The notes beneath the pieces are model-generated. The model searched no databases, had not been told where the DNA came from, and was given only the letters and a program-made list of their open reading frames with translations. A stretch of 64,000 nt of DNA from a virus: positions 1-64,000 of the IMG/VR virus record IMGVR_UViG_3300007775_000001; one strand, given 5' to 3'. The translations under genes and the position numbers were made by a program. Below, piece after piece: positions 29,355-38,148 of this stretch; the stretch's first letter is position 1; each line of letters opens with the position of its first letter.

Positions 29355-29362
29355 GAGTGGGT

Positions 29363-30061
29363 ATGGCAAAGTTGATCGTGTCCATCAATCAGATCGAAGA
29401 CGCTGAACGGCTCCAGGAAGTGAATTCTCTGATCTGGGGTCTAAAGGTGCATACGCTTGTGCTCAAGCATGGCGCACCAAAGTTGATCGACCGACTGAAG
29501 GTCATGGGGTTCCAGAACGTGTTTGTCGATCTGAAGCTTCGGGATATTCCAGAGATCATGGGAGAAGAGGTCTTCGAATTGATCAACGCGGGCGCGGATA
29601 TCGTGAGTGTCGATGGCGATGCTGAGAACAGGGGTCTGAAGATAGCTTCAGCCGTTGCTAGTGGAGAGAAAAAGGGACGACTTGCCTGTACCACTACCAC
29701 TGCACTGAGCAGCGACCATGTGACATTATCGGATGCAGAGATCATGCAGAAGATGTTCGAGTCATCGATGAAGGCGGTGGTGGCGGACATCCCTATGGTG
29801 ATCGGCAATCCACGGTTCTTCAAGGATGTCGCCATTCCTGAGAAGTCGTTTGAGATCATCACACCGGGTATACGTCCTACATGGTATGAAGGTACGAGTG
29901 AAGGTCATGTTCGCACGATGACCCCTTACGTGGCGGTTGAAGCTGGGTCTGATTATCTCGTGGTGGGAAGGCCCATCACGCTCAACGAGAACCCCGCACG
30001 AGCAGTGTGGACGATCCTGAAGGAGATGAGTAATGGCAAAGGCAACGTTCAAGCGGTCTGA
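29363..30061 (+). CDS. pyrF: Orotidine-5'-phosphate decarboxylase homologue
   Basis: VFVDLKLRDIP (DxKxxD), ITPGIRP, GSDYLVVGRPIT. Confidence 0.85.
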   Translation: MAKLIVSINQIEDAERLQEVNSLIWGLKVHTLVLKHGAPKLIDRLKVMGFQNVFVDLKLRDIPEIMGEEVFELINAGADIVSVDGDAENRGLKIASAVASGEKKGRLACTTTTALSSDHVTLSDAEIMQKMFESSMKAVVADIPMVIGNPRFFKDVAIPEKSFEIITPGIRPTWYEGTSEGHVRTMTPYVAVEAGSDYLVVGRPITLNENPARAVWTILKEMSNGKGNVQAV

Positions 30062-30611
30062 TCAGAACGAGACGCGAACGCTTGCATTACAACCAGGGAT
30101 CGTCGGATCATGTGGATTCTCAGAAGACCGGCGATACCGGTACTGGCTTTTGCGTTCCTGGAGCACAGAGGGTGGTCTGTACGGAAAAGGGATGGTTGTC
30201 TTTGTGATGTTGAATCCATCCAAGGCGAATCATACGGTTGATGATCCAACCATCCGTCGCTGTACGGACTTCGCACGGGCATGGGGATACCAAGCTTTGT
30301 GTATCCTGAACATCTATGCATACGTCGAGACGGTGTCGGGCGATCTGCTGAAGACGGAAGACCCGATTGGGGAGAAGAACGATCAGACGATCAGGGGACT
30401 TCTGTACAACAGGTGTCGGACTGTGGTGGTTGCATGGGGTGCCCTAAAAGGTAGCCAGGAGCGTGCTGGAGAGGTGTTGGAAGAGCTTCGCACGCATGGC
30501 CCTGTGTACTGTCTGGGAACCAACAAGGATGGGTCACCGAAGCATCCTCTGTATCTGAAGGGTGACACAGAACTTCGGGTGTACCGTGAAAGAGCTACTA
30601 TTCAGAGTTGA
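30033..30611 (+). CDS. DUF1643 family protein
   Basis: YRYWL.R.W, MLNPSKA, DDPTIRRC, VVAWG, PKHPLY. Confidence 0.85.
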   Translation: MAKATFKRSDQNETRTLALQPGIVGSCGFSEDRRYRYWLLRSWSTEGGLYGKGMVVFVMLNPSKANHTVDDPTIRRCTDFARAWGYQALCILNIYAYVETVSGDLLKTEDPIGEKNDQTIRGLLYNRCRTVVVAWGALKGSQERAGEVLEELRTHGPVYCLGTNKDGSPKHPLYLKGDTELRVYRERATIQS

Positions 30612-30765
30612 GGCCCCGTTTTTTGTGGCGGGGTTTGTGGTGAACCCGATTAACAGGATGGTGATTGTAGCCGCACCAATCGTCAAGTATCTGGTCGGGT
30701 TCAGTATGCGGAAAGCAGTGCTGTACTGTCGTGGAAGGGGTTGGGATATCCAACTCCTGAAGTAG

Positions 30766-30779
30766 TTTCTACGTAGAAA
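30766..30779. repeat. Dispersed palindrome copy 4 (14-bp core)
   Basis: TTTCTACGTAGAAA after the stop of small ORF 30562..30765. Confidence 0.9.
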
Positions 30780-30793
30780 TCGAAGGAGATCGG

Positions 30794-31087
30794 ATGCTAA
30801 CCAAGACGCAATTCGCCAAAGCGGTACTTCAGAACCTCGCGAGTGTGAAAGGGCATGATGCCCTGCGCTTCGAGGAGGCTTTCACAGAAGAAGATGCCAA
30901 GGATGGCGGGATTGCTCTGTGTATGAAACAGGTTGGTTTGCTCAACGGCAAGGAGATCGATCCACGGGCGGACAGTGCGGTGTTCCTCTGTGCTGAAGAG
31001 CTTCCTGGTGGTGACGATGTCTCTGTGCTACAGTTGACAATAGGTGAGATCATGGACTTGCTCTCCGATGAAGCAACAGCCGGATAA
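30794..31087 (+). CDS. Hypothetical protein
   Basis: 97 aa with AAGGAG RBS. Confidence 0.6.
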   Translation: MLTKTQFAKAVLQNLASVKGHDALRFEEAFTEEDAKDGGIALCMKQVGLLNGKEIDPRADSAVFLCAEELPGGDDVSVLQLTIGEIMDLLSDEATAG

Positions 31088-31096
31088 GGAGACATC

Positions 31097-31585
31097 ATGG
31101 AGACTACCAAGATTGATCTGGGTGGAGTCCGGGTTGAAGTGGACACGGATTGTGGTGTGCTTCACGTACACGACAAGGGGAATGGTCACACGCTGTTGCG
31201 GATGTGTGGTCTGAACCATGCTCCTGTGTGTGATCACGACAACATTGACAACGCTGAAGTGACCAGAATGGAGACAGGCAAGCTGGTGATCTGTGGGACT
31301 GTCACAGAGGTTAGTTATCCGTTGCCGGAGGGTCACATATCTCCGGTGTACAGTTCGAGAACTCTGTATGCGGCGGGCTGGGAAGACTCAGATGGCAACA
31401 TGGGAATGTTTGCCGGCCCTGTGGCGGATATCAACGATCTGTTGACACTGGATGCTCCAGCGAGTAAACCGGTTGGAGGTGTTGCGAAGATTGTGCGGTT
31501 GGTACTCTCCACGGAAGGTGAGACAGTACCCATGTACCAATGGTCTTCCGAATCGCATTCCTGGGAAAAAATTACACAGGGGTAG
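31097..31585 (+). CDS. Hypothetical protein
   Basis: 162 aa with AAGGAG RBS. Confidence 0.6.
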   Translation: METTKIDLGGVRVEVDTDCGVLHVHDKGNGHTLLRMCGLNHAPVCDHDNIDNAEVTRMETGKLVICGTVTEVSYPLPEGHISPVYSSRTLYAAGWEDSDGNMGMFAGPVADINDLLTLDAPASKPVGGVAKIVRLVLSTEGETVPMYQWSSESHSWEKITQG

Positions 31586-31586
31586 C

Positions 31587-32162
31587 ATGGCTCTTTCATT
31601 AACAGAGAGGTCGAAGCGGTATCGTCTTCGGCACCCTGAGAGAGCCGCAAGGATTCGGCGCAACAACTATCGCAAGAACGCGAGTAGGCGTGCGGCTGAT
31701 GCGCGCGCCTACTACCGTGCTCATAGGGAAGAAGTTAAGGCCAAGAAGAAGGCGTACTACCGGGTTCACCGCGAACGAGAGGTTGAAAACGCTCGTGAAC
31801 GGAGAGCCAATAGGACTCCTGAACAGCGGGAAGCGGATCGATGGAAGGATACGAGGCGTCGTTATCTGAGGCTGTATGGCCCGTTGATGGCGATCCTAAT
31901 CTTCAAGGAATTCTACAAGGCACCGCGCGTTGTGATCAAGAAGAGGCGTCCGCTTAGCAAGGAATATCTACAACCGGGCCGCACCAATGATCAACCGGAC
32001 GAGCAGGAGGTGAAAGATGCGGTTGCGACTTTCTTGAAGAGAGGTGGTCAGATCAAGAAGGAAGAGCTTGACAAGTCGGTGAGTGGTAGGCTAAGAAAAA
32101 GCAAGTCTATCGATGATCTTCGCAAGAAGTTGAACTCGACTGGATGGGAACCGCTGATGTAA
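31587..32162 (+). CDS. Highly basic hypothetical protein
   Basis: Arg/Lys-rich with AYYRAHREE/AYYRVHRER repeats. Confidence 0.5.
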   Translation: MALSLTERSKRYRLRHPERAARIRRNNYRKNASRRAADARAYYRAHREEVKAKKKAYYRVHREREVENARERRANRTPEQREADRWKDTRRRYLRLYGPLMAILIFKEFYKAPRVVIKKRRPLSKEYLQPGRTNDQPDEQEVKDAVATFLKRGGQIKKEELDKSVSGRLRKSKSIDDLRKKLNSTGWEPLM

Positions 32163-32163
32163 T

Positions 32164-32237
32164 GTCTCCGTAGCTCAACTGGATAGAGCATGGGATTTCT
32201 AATCCCACGGTCGAGGGTTCGAGTCCTTCCGGAGACG
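32164..32237 (+). tRNA. tRNA-Arg (anticodon TCT)
   Basis: Acceptor GTCTCCG/CGGAGAC, D arm GCTC/GAGC, anticodon stem TGGGA/TCCCA with loop TTTCTAA, T loop TTCGAGT; CCA not encoded. Confidence 0.93.
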
Positions 32238-32238
32238 C

Positions 32239-32267
32239 TTGACATGCCAAGGATGATGTAGTAGAGT
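32239..32267 (+). promoter_or_regulatory. Sigma70-type promoter of the same class
   Basis: TTGACA-17 bp-TAGAGT with TGTAG. Confidence 0.65.
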
Positions 32268-32354
32268 GACGTTACCCTTGAGAGTTACGGAGCCTAGCTA
32301 TTTGCCCGTACCTGCTTGTGGTGCGGGTACGGGATTTGATAGCAGCGGGCCGGT

Positions 32355-32426
32355 AGAACAGTAGCTCAATGGTAGAGCGTCCCCCTTGAACGGGGAAGGT
32401 AGCTGGTTCGACTCCAGCCTGTCATG
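32355..32426 (+). pseudogene. tRNA-like element, anticodon TGA, defective acceptor stem
   Basis: Intact D, anticodon and T arms; acceptor AGAACAG/CTGTCAT has 2 mismatches; short variable loop. Confidence 0.65.
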
Positions 32427-32470
32427 TGTCGCGAGACATAGCGGCCTGTTATGTGTCGCGAGACATAGCG
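32417..32470. repeat. 27-bp tandem duplication
   Basis: GCCTGT[C/T]ATGTGTCGCGAGACATAGCG x2. Confidence 0.9.
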
Positions 32471-32741
32471 CCGGAACAACCCCTTTAGCTTTCAAGAGCA
32501 TTGTTGTTTTCAGACGGGTGAGTCGTAAAGCTGGCTGTCGAGGGTCGGAGTGGTAGCGCGACAGACATGTGGTGATTCCACCGACCACGGCTCACAGATG
32601 TAGAGTAGAAAGGATATGCCGGTGCTCTAAGTCTACCTCTCGTACAGGTGGAAACGGGAGCGAGAGTTCCCCACCGGCTCCAATATCTGACGATGCTCTC
32701 CTGGCGGCAATGAAGCTGCACACGAGAACAGGAGAGGCAAC

Positions 32742-33014
32742 ATGAAAAGACAGTATACGGTGGGGCAGCACGTCATCTTCATTGACGAGCATTTTCAGAG
32801 GCACGATGCGCTGATCCAACACTGGTGGCCTGCGGAGAACGTTCCTCAGTACGTCAACGAAAAGGGTGAGCCGGGTTGCAATCTGGTGTTTGTCAGTGCA
32901 GACCCCAAACGGGATGACTCGTATGGACGGCAGACAGAGCATGCAACATCCGTCGTTCACAAGTCGATGAACCCCGCACGAGGGTATTGTTGGTGCTGGC
33001 CTGACGAGGTGTAG
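32742..33014 (+). CDS. Hypothetical protein
   Basis: 90 aa with GGAGAGG RBS. Confidence 0.65.
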   Translation: MKRQYTVGQHVIFIDEHFQRHDALIQHWWPAENVPQYVNEKGEPGCNLVFVSADPKRDDSYGRQTEHATSVVHKSMNPARGYCWCWPDEV

Positions 33015-33083
33015 TCGATCCTGTGAAACGGACGGGAACCGAGCAGGAACCTGGGGTTTCATCGTCGCCAAGAGAGCATCGTT

Positions 33084-33110
33084 CAGAGCCCGAAGGGGCT
33101 CTGTTTTTTT
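33084..33110 (+). terminator. Rho-independent terminator
   Basis: CAGAGCCC-GAAG-GGGCTCTG followed by T7. Confidence 0.9.
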
Positions 33111-33148
33111 GACCTGGGACGAGAAGATTGTCCAAAAAGGAGAAGAGC

Positions 33149-33670
33149 ATGGAATACTTCCAACCCGCCGTGCTCACAAATATTCCGAGTGCTCAAACTT
33201 TGGCTGAGCAACACAGTATCTCCGTCAAAGAGGCTCAGAAACTCATCGACGAGATGATGAAGGAACAGGTCTTCATCAATGATCAGTATCAGGTCAACGT
33301 CAGTAAAGAGGGGTCGAGCATGCCGGGATGGCCCGACTTGCTTCACCTCTCTATCAAGCGACGTGACAAGAAGTCCATCCGTGATTGGAGAACACTTCAG
33401 GAGATCAAGAACCTGATCGTTGGGCCGGAAGCTGAAGCAGTCGAGTTGTTCCCCGCCGAATCCCGGTTGGTAGACACTGCCAACCAATACCATCTGTATG
33501 CTCTATTCGATCCTGAGTCTGGGAAGCCGATCAGGTTCCCTTTTGGGTTCACGTCCAGGATGATGATGGATGGGGATGGGGAATTTCGGGCGGATGGGTC
33601 AAGACAACGCCCCTTTTCAAAGAGGGAGCAGAAACCCTTCAAACGCCAATCTGGAAGGAGAAAGCGATGA
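33149..33670 (+). CDS. Conserved phage hypothetical protein
   Basis: HLSIKRRD..WRTLQEIKN..GPEAEAVELFPAESRLVD.ANQYHL. Confidence 0.7.
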   Translation: MEYFQPAVLTNIPSAQTLAEQHSISVKEAQKLIDEMMKEQVFINDQYQVNVSKEGSSMPGWPDLLHLSIKRRDKKSIRDWRTLQEIKNLIVGPEAEAVELFPAESRLVDTANQYHLYALFDPESGKPIRFPFGFTSRMMMDGDGEFRADGSRQRPFSKREQKPFKRQSGRRKR

Positions 33671-33975
33671 AGATGTACCGTGGGAAGCGTGATGCCCAAG
33701 GCGAGCCTACAGTGACCGTTTTGGACGGCACGGATGAGAAGCCCCTTGACCCTCGGCACGATGTCCGGGATCACAGTCCCTTGGGGTTCGAGTGGGGGTA
33801 CTATGGGTCTGGCCCCTGTCAACTTGGACTGGCGATCCTATGTGACTGTGTGGAAGTCGAGAAAGCCGCCATGCACTACCAAGGGTTCACTCGCAATATC
33901 ATCGCCAATCTGAATGCTCAGAATGGATGGGAACTGAGCGAAGACGATGTCAAGCGTATGGTGCCTTTCCCTTGA
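33667..33975 (+). CDS. DUF6166-like protein
   Basis: HSPLGFEWGYYGSGPCQLGLAIL. Confidence 0.7.
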   Translation: MKMYRGKRDAQGEPTVTVLDGTDEKPLDPRHDVRDHSPLGFEWGYYGSGPCQLGLAILCDCVEVEKAAMHYQGFTRNIIANLNAQNGWELSEDDVKRMVPFP

Positions 33976-34000
33976 CATTCTGTAGTACCTGTAGTACACT
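33972..34000 (+). promoter_or_regulatory. Sigma70-type early promoter
   Basis: TTGACA-17 bp-TACACT with doubled TGTAGTAC. Confidence 0.8.
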
Positions 34001-34033
34001 GGATTCAAAGATTCAAAGAGAGAGAGAAAGCAC

Positions 34034-34603
34034 ATGGAAGTCAAGAGCTTTGTGAACAAGATGACTCAGGCAGTCACATTCGCTGAGATCATGCACGGTG
34101 ATCAGAAGTGGGGGGTTTATCCCTACATGGTTCACTTGCGGGATGTCTGGCGGATTATCGTGGAGAGTGGGTTCAGCGATCCGACCAAGGAAACGCACCA
34201 AACTCTTCAGATTGCGGCATACCTGCATGATGTGGTGGAAGACACGGATGCCACGAGTCTCATGGTTGGTCAGGATTTTGGCGGGAAGGTTGGCGATCTG
34301 GTGTGGGCTGTGACCGGAACAGGCAAGAACCGGAAGGCTCGTCAGCAAATGATCTACGAGTGCATCCATCAGGTTCCGGATTTCCAAGCAGTGATCCTGA
34401 AGGTGGCGGATCGTATCTCCAACGTCGAGGGTTCGCTTCGCGATCCTGGCTGCAATACAGACTATCTGGAGGTTTACCGTGGGGAGTGGGAGAAGTTCAG
34501 CACCATGCTCCATCGGGGCAAGGAGGGTGACACGCGGCTCAGTGCAATGTGGACACGGCTTGATCGTGCTCTTCATTTTCACAAGGGGGTATTCGAGAAA
34601 TGA
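34034..34603 (+). CDS. HD-domain hydrolase, SpoT/Mesh1-like
   Basis: H.DQ....PYMVH, AAYLHDVVEDT, LKVADRISN. Confidence 0.85.
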   Translation: MEVKSFVNKMTQAVTFAEIMHGDQKWGVYPYMVHLRDVWRIIVESGFSDPTKETHQTLQIAAYLHDVVEDTDATSLMVGQDFGGKVGDLVWAVTGTGKNRKARQQMIYECIHQVPDFQAVILKVADRISNVEGSLRDPGCNTDYLEVYRGEWEKFSTMLHRGKEGDTRLSAMWTRLDRALHFHKGVFEK

Positions 34604-35286
34604 TTCTATACCACGGAACCGGTGAGCACAATCTTGCGTCGATCCTGAAGGATGGGCTTCTTCCGCGCAACATGCGCAAGATCAAGAAGGGCAACTGGAA
34701 GAGTATGCCGTCGAATCCAAACGCGACGTACTTGACCAGTGTGTATGCTCCATACTTCGCCTTTGGCTCAACTACCAAGAAGGGTGAGCGATGGGTGATT
34801 TTGGAGATCGACACGGATAAGTTGGATCAGAACAACCTCTGTCCGGATGAAGATTTCCTGGAGCAAGCAACACGGGGAACAGCCCAGGTGCCGGAAGCTG
34901 GTGTGGGCATGAAGGCTCGAACGATGTGGTTCAGGAACCATATCCGGGAGTTCTTCCATCTGTTCCACAAGTCGATTCGACACATGGGGACGTGCTGTTA
35001 CTACGGTAAGATTCCCCTCGAAGCGGTCAACAAGATCGTGCTGTTCGATCCGAAAGTCTGTGCCAGTATGACTCTGATATGTCTTGATCCGTTGATCAGC
35101 ATCGTGAACTTTCGCTTCATGGAAGCGAAGTATAAGGCTGTGACGGACTGGATGATGGGTCGAGATATCAGTGACCAATACGGTCACTTCATCAACATCA
35201 TGGCGTCGGAAGAAGAGCAGAAGGAAGGTATCGATTATCTTGTTGTTGCTCAGAAGAAGGCGTTGGAGGTGGTGTTGGAACGGTAG
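34600..35286 (+). CDS. ADP-ribosyltransferase-fold protein
   Basis: LYHGT...SILKDGL...YLTS..APYFA..VILEID. Confidence 0.6.
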   Translation: MILYHGTGEHNLASILKDGLLPRNMRKIKKGNWKSMPSNPNATYLTSVYAPYFAFGSTTKKGERWVILEIDTDKLDQNNLCPDEDFLEQATRGTAQVPEAGVGMKARTMWFRNHIREFFHLFHKSIRHMGTCCYYGKIPLEAVNKIVLFDPKVCASMTLICLDPLISIVNFRFMEAKYKAVTDWMMGRDISDQYGHFINIMASEEEQKEGIDYLVVAQKKALEVVLER

Positions 35287-35318
35287 GTTGAACCCAAAAC
35301 GGTAGGTTGAACCCAAAA
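35281..35318. repeat. 19-bp tandem duplication
   Basis: CGGTAGGTTGAACCCAAAA x2, spanning a stop codon. Confidence 0.9.
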
Positions 35319-35330
35319 CGAGAGGTTGAA

Positions 35331-36011
35331 ATGGTGACCCCGAAACCGAAGTCGTATCGCATTCTGAAGATGGATCGTGAGTTCATCGCGAAAGTGGTTG
35401 TGGAAGCGATGTTGAACGAGGAGTACGAAGCCCTGAAGGAAGAGCTTCGCAAGCTGGTCGAGAAGTTGTACGCGGTTTGCTATAAGCCGTTTTTGGCTAC
35501 CATGGACAAGCTCCCCAAGGGGGCATTCTCCATGGACAGTGGTTTTACTGTGACCGTGGGGGGTGACAAGAAATTGCAGCATGTGTGTCTCCCTTATAAC
35601 TTCGACACCTACGTGCGCCCAAGGGATTTCCGGGTGTTCCAGTGTGCTGTGCCTCTGCCAAAGAGCTACGCGGCACAGGTCGCCAGGGCCAAGGAGTTGT
35701 GGGACAAGATTTACGCGCAGGGGAAGAAACGTCGCCAGAAGGAACGCGAGATCATGTCCCTGCTTGAAGCCAACAGGGTCACGAGCACCAATCGTCTTGA
35801 AGAGACGTGGCCGGAAGTGGTGCCGTTGTTCAAAAAGACGCACATCTATGGGAACATGTTGCCGAAGGTCAAGGATGAATCGCGTCTGAGCGTCACCGAA
35901 CAAAGGCAGCGTGACGAGCAAGCTCGGCTGACATCGTTGCAGAAGGTAAAGCAGGAGGCAACGGAGATAGTCAAGAAACATCTCCAGAAGGCGGGTTCCA
36001 AGAAGAGCTAG
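35331..36011 (+). CDS. Hypothetical protein (Nmad5-like)
   Basis: VTSTNRLEETWPE resembles the conserved T.xxL...WPE motif of Nmad5. Confidence 0.4.
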   Translation: MVTPKPKSYRILKMDREFIAKVVVEAMLNEEYEALKEELRKLVEKLYAVCYKPFLATMDKLPKGAFSMDSGFTVTVGGDKKLQHVCLPYNFDTYVRPRDFRVFQCAVPLPKSYAAQVARAKELWDKIYAQGKKRRQKEREIMSLLEANRVTSTNRLEETWPEVVPLFKKTHIYGNMLPKVKDESRLSVTEQRQRDEQARLTSLQKVKQEATEIVKKHLQKAGSKKS

Positions 36012-36014
36012 ATC

Positions 36015-36482
36015 ATGGCTGCGAAGTTGGTTGAGGAGATAGTCGTTGAAACTGTTGGTAGTCGTGTGAAGGAGCTTCGCGACTATCTCCAACACCGTGT
36101 CTCGTGTCCGTTGGCATATTCAGAAGACGGTGAGTGTACCTGTAGTCTGGATAAGCTAATGTACCTGGGAGAAGACAGTGAGCTTGTCAACACCATCATC
36201 GCTGAGGTGGACAAAGTAGTTGATGAGCGTGTAGAAGATGCCATAGGCGAAGAGGAGAAGGAGTCGAACAATCTGGCGTATCAATTGGACAGCATCAGTT
36301 TCAGGGTCAATGATATTGACAAGGCCATGCGTGTTGAGCTTCCTGAATTGATCTGGCGTGCTAAGTACGACAAAGAGATGACCATGGATCGATTCATTCA
36401 GGAGATCGGTTATATACACGAGGAGATCATGGTCTGTCTTGGAGACGCTTACCCTGAGATGTCGAAGAAAGACGAGTCATGA
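36015..36482 (+). CDS. Hypothetical protein, paralogue A
   Basis: YLQHRVSC...ECTCSLD. Confidence 0.65.
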   Translation: MAAKLVEEIVVETVGSRVKELRDYLQHRVSCPLAYSEDGECTCSLDKLMYLGEDSELVNTIIAEVDKVVDERVEDAIGEEEKESNNLAYQLDSISFRVNDIDKAMRVELPELIWRAKYDKEMTMDRFIQEIGYIHEEIMVCLGDAYPEMSKKDES

Positions 36483-36901
36483 CAGATCGATCATTCAATT
36501 TTGCTGTCAAGCAGAGCACCAATCTGCTTTCCAAGGCATTTGAGGGATACCTTCAACATCGGGTTGAGTGCGCAAAGGCATACGACGATGGTGCCGAATG
36601 TTCCTGTGGTCTTGATGCACTCAAGACGGCTGGTGAGAAGGGTGGATATCTCAGAGAGATTGATCATATTTTCGAGGAGACTCTGAGCGGTTTGCAAGAT
36701 GAGGCTCAGTACGAACACAAGAAGATCATCAAGAACTACGATGAATTCCAGGCAACGGTGATCGATCTGGACATTGTCGCCAACGATATCCTGGACAGCG
36801 TGAGAATCATCGAGCAGAGCTATAGCAGTGCGGCCTTGGATGACATCCGGGCATGTGCTCATCAGGTCAGGAAGATTTTTAACCATGTGAGCAAGCTGTG
36901 A
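36479..36901 (+). CDS. Hypothetical protein, paralogue B
   Basis: YLQHRVEC...ECSCGLD. Confidence 0.65.
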   Translation: MTDRSFNFAVKQSTNLLSKAFEGYLQHRVECAKAYDDGAECSCGLDALKTAGEKGGYLREIDHIFEETLSGLQDEAQYEHKKIIKNYDEFQATVIDLDIVANDILDSVRIIEQSYSSAALDDIRACAHQVRKIFNHVSKL

Positions 36902-37320
36902 TTCCGTCGAAGACACGCGAAGAGATTAACGAGATCGTAATGGGGATCGTGGAGAATCGTATCTTCACGCACCTTCATATCCATGATCAGCAACGCGATC
37001 TAACCACGGTGTTCATGGTGTTGCTACTCATGGAGTCAAAGGATATCGAGTGGTTGAAGAAAGCTCGTGTCGGGTTGATCTACGAGTATATGGACAAAGC
37101 TGCACCTCGTTCGATCAACGGATATCCATGCTTCTTTAGTTGTCAGTACACCAACGAGGAAGATATGGAGATCATTAAGAGGAAGGTGTTGTCTGTTCGG
37201 AAGAGCATGAAGGAGGCTCTTCGCGGAAACGTACAGGAAGCTTTGAACTTCGGCACAAGGGAAGGTGTGCATGGCACTCTTCAAGAGGCAATCGGGGGCG
37301 ACGAGGGAGAGCAGGCATAG
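36898..37320 (+). CDS. Hypothetical protein
   Basis: GLIYEYMDKAAPRSINGYPCFFS; coupled by GTGA overlap. Confidence 0.6.
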   Translation: MIPSKTREEINEIVMGIVENRIFTHLHIHDQQRDLTTVFMVLLLMESKDIEWLKKARVGLIYEYMDKAAPRSINGYPCFFSCQYTNEEDMEIIKRKVLSVRKSMKEALRGNVQEALNFGTREGVHGTLQEAIGGDEGEQA

Positions 37321-37584
37321 GAAGTTCGGCAAGCCACGGTTCAAGAGAAAGTCTGATGCGATCAGGGTTGCTCAGCATCGGAACTTTGGCAAGCCAAGGC
37401 CACGTTCGAGAGTCCCGATCACGAGCGATCTGATCAGGGACGAGGTTGCTCTGTTCTTGTCGAGGGGTAGAATTATCAGACAACTGCCTGAACAGGCGGT
37501 TGTGCGACGTGATATTCTTGCTCCCAGAGCCAAGGGTTACGATTCGATCCTGGCCTATGGATTCAGCATTGTGGAAGACTGAAA

Positions 37585-37848
37585 ATGGCAAGAAACTTCA
37601 GGTGGAAGGATTCTGGTGTTGATCTGTCGAGGAGAAAGTTTCTCAATGATCTTGATGCTGAATCGAAGGGAAGGCACGATTTTGGAGAGTTTAGAACCAA
37701 GAGTGGCGAATATAAACAACTCCCGTCAGACGGTGATGGGTTTGTGGACTGTCCACCAAAGATGGTAAGGTATGTTTCACCGATCAAACAGAGAGGGAAG
37801 GATGCTGCAAGCGATATCGACATCCTTGCGGAACTGAAAGATATTTGA
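37585..37848 (+). CDS. Hypothetical protein
   Basis: 87 aa; ends DILAELKDI. Confidence 0.6.
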   Translation: MARNFRWKDSGVDLSRRKFLNDLDAESKGRHDFGEFRTKSGEYKQLPSDGDGFVDCPPKMVRYVSPIKQRGKDAASDIDILAELKDI

Positions 37849-37923
37849 CATCTTTCTCTTTCTTCTTGACCTTGGCTAAGCTTTTGCTATGATAGTACAG
37901 GCTTATTCAAGCGGTGGATCATC

Positions 37924-38148
37924 ATGGAAAGAGGTTCTGTGGATCAAGCCAACGGAAACGGTGGCGGCGACCGAAACTGGTATTCGGTCAGGGAGACCGC
38001 CGAAATTCTGAGGGTGTCGGATAAGACGGTGTACAGGTGGCTATCTGACAATCGCATCCCCGCAAGTGAATGGTTTCCTGTGGGTGGGGCAAAGCGCATC
38101 TTCAAGAGGTTTGTGGATGATGTCGCCCAGGGTCGGAGGTCAATCTAA
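37924..38148 (+). CDS. Excisionase-like helix-turn-helix DNA-binding protein
   Basis: WYSVRETAEILRVSDKTVYRWL...IPA. Confidence 0.8.
   Translation: MERGSVDQANGNGGGDRNWYSVRETAEILRVSDKTVYRWLSDNRIPASEWFPVGGAKRIFKRFVDDVAQGRRSI

Noticed and set aside
32417-32470. Mini CRISPR array
   Set aside because: Two abutting copies with no spacer and no cas genes
36872-36901. C-terminus KIFNHVSKL as another tag instance
   Set aside because: Lacks the acidic residues and the conserved Leu; not counted
37924-38148. Evidence of a prophage from the excisionase-like HTH
   Set aside because: No integrase, att site or host genes in the window; this HTH is common in lytic phages
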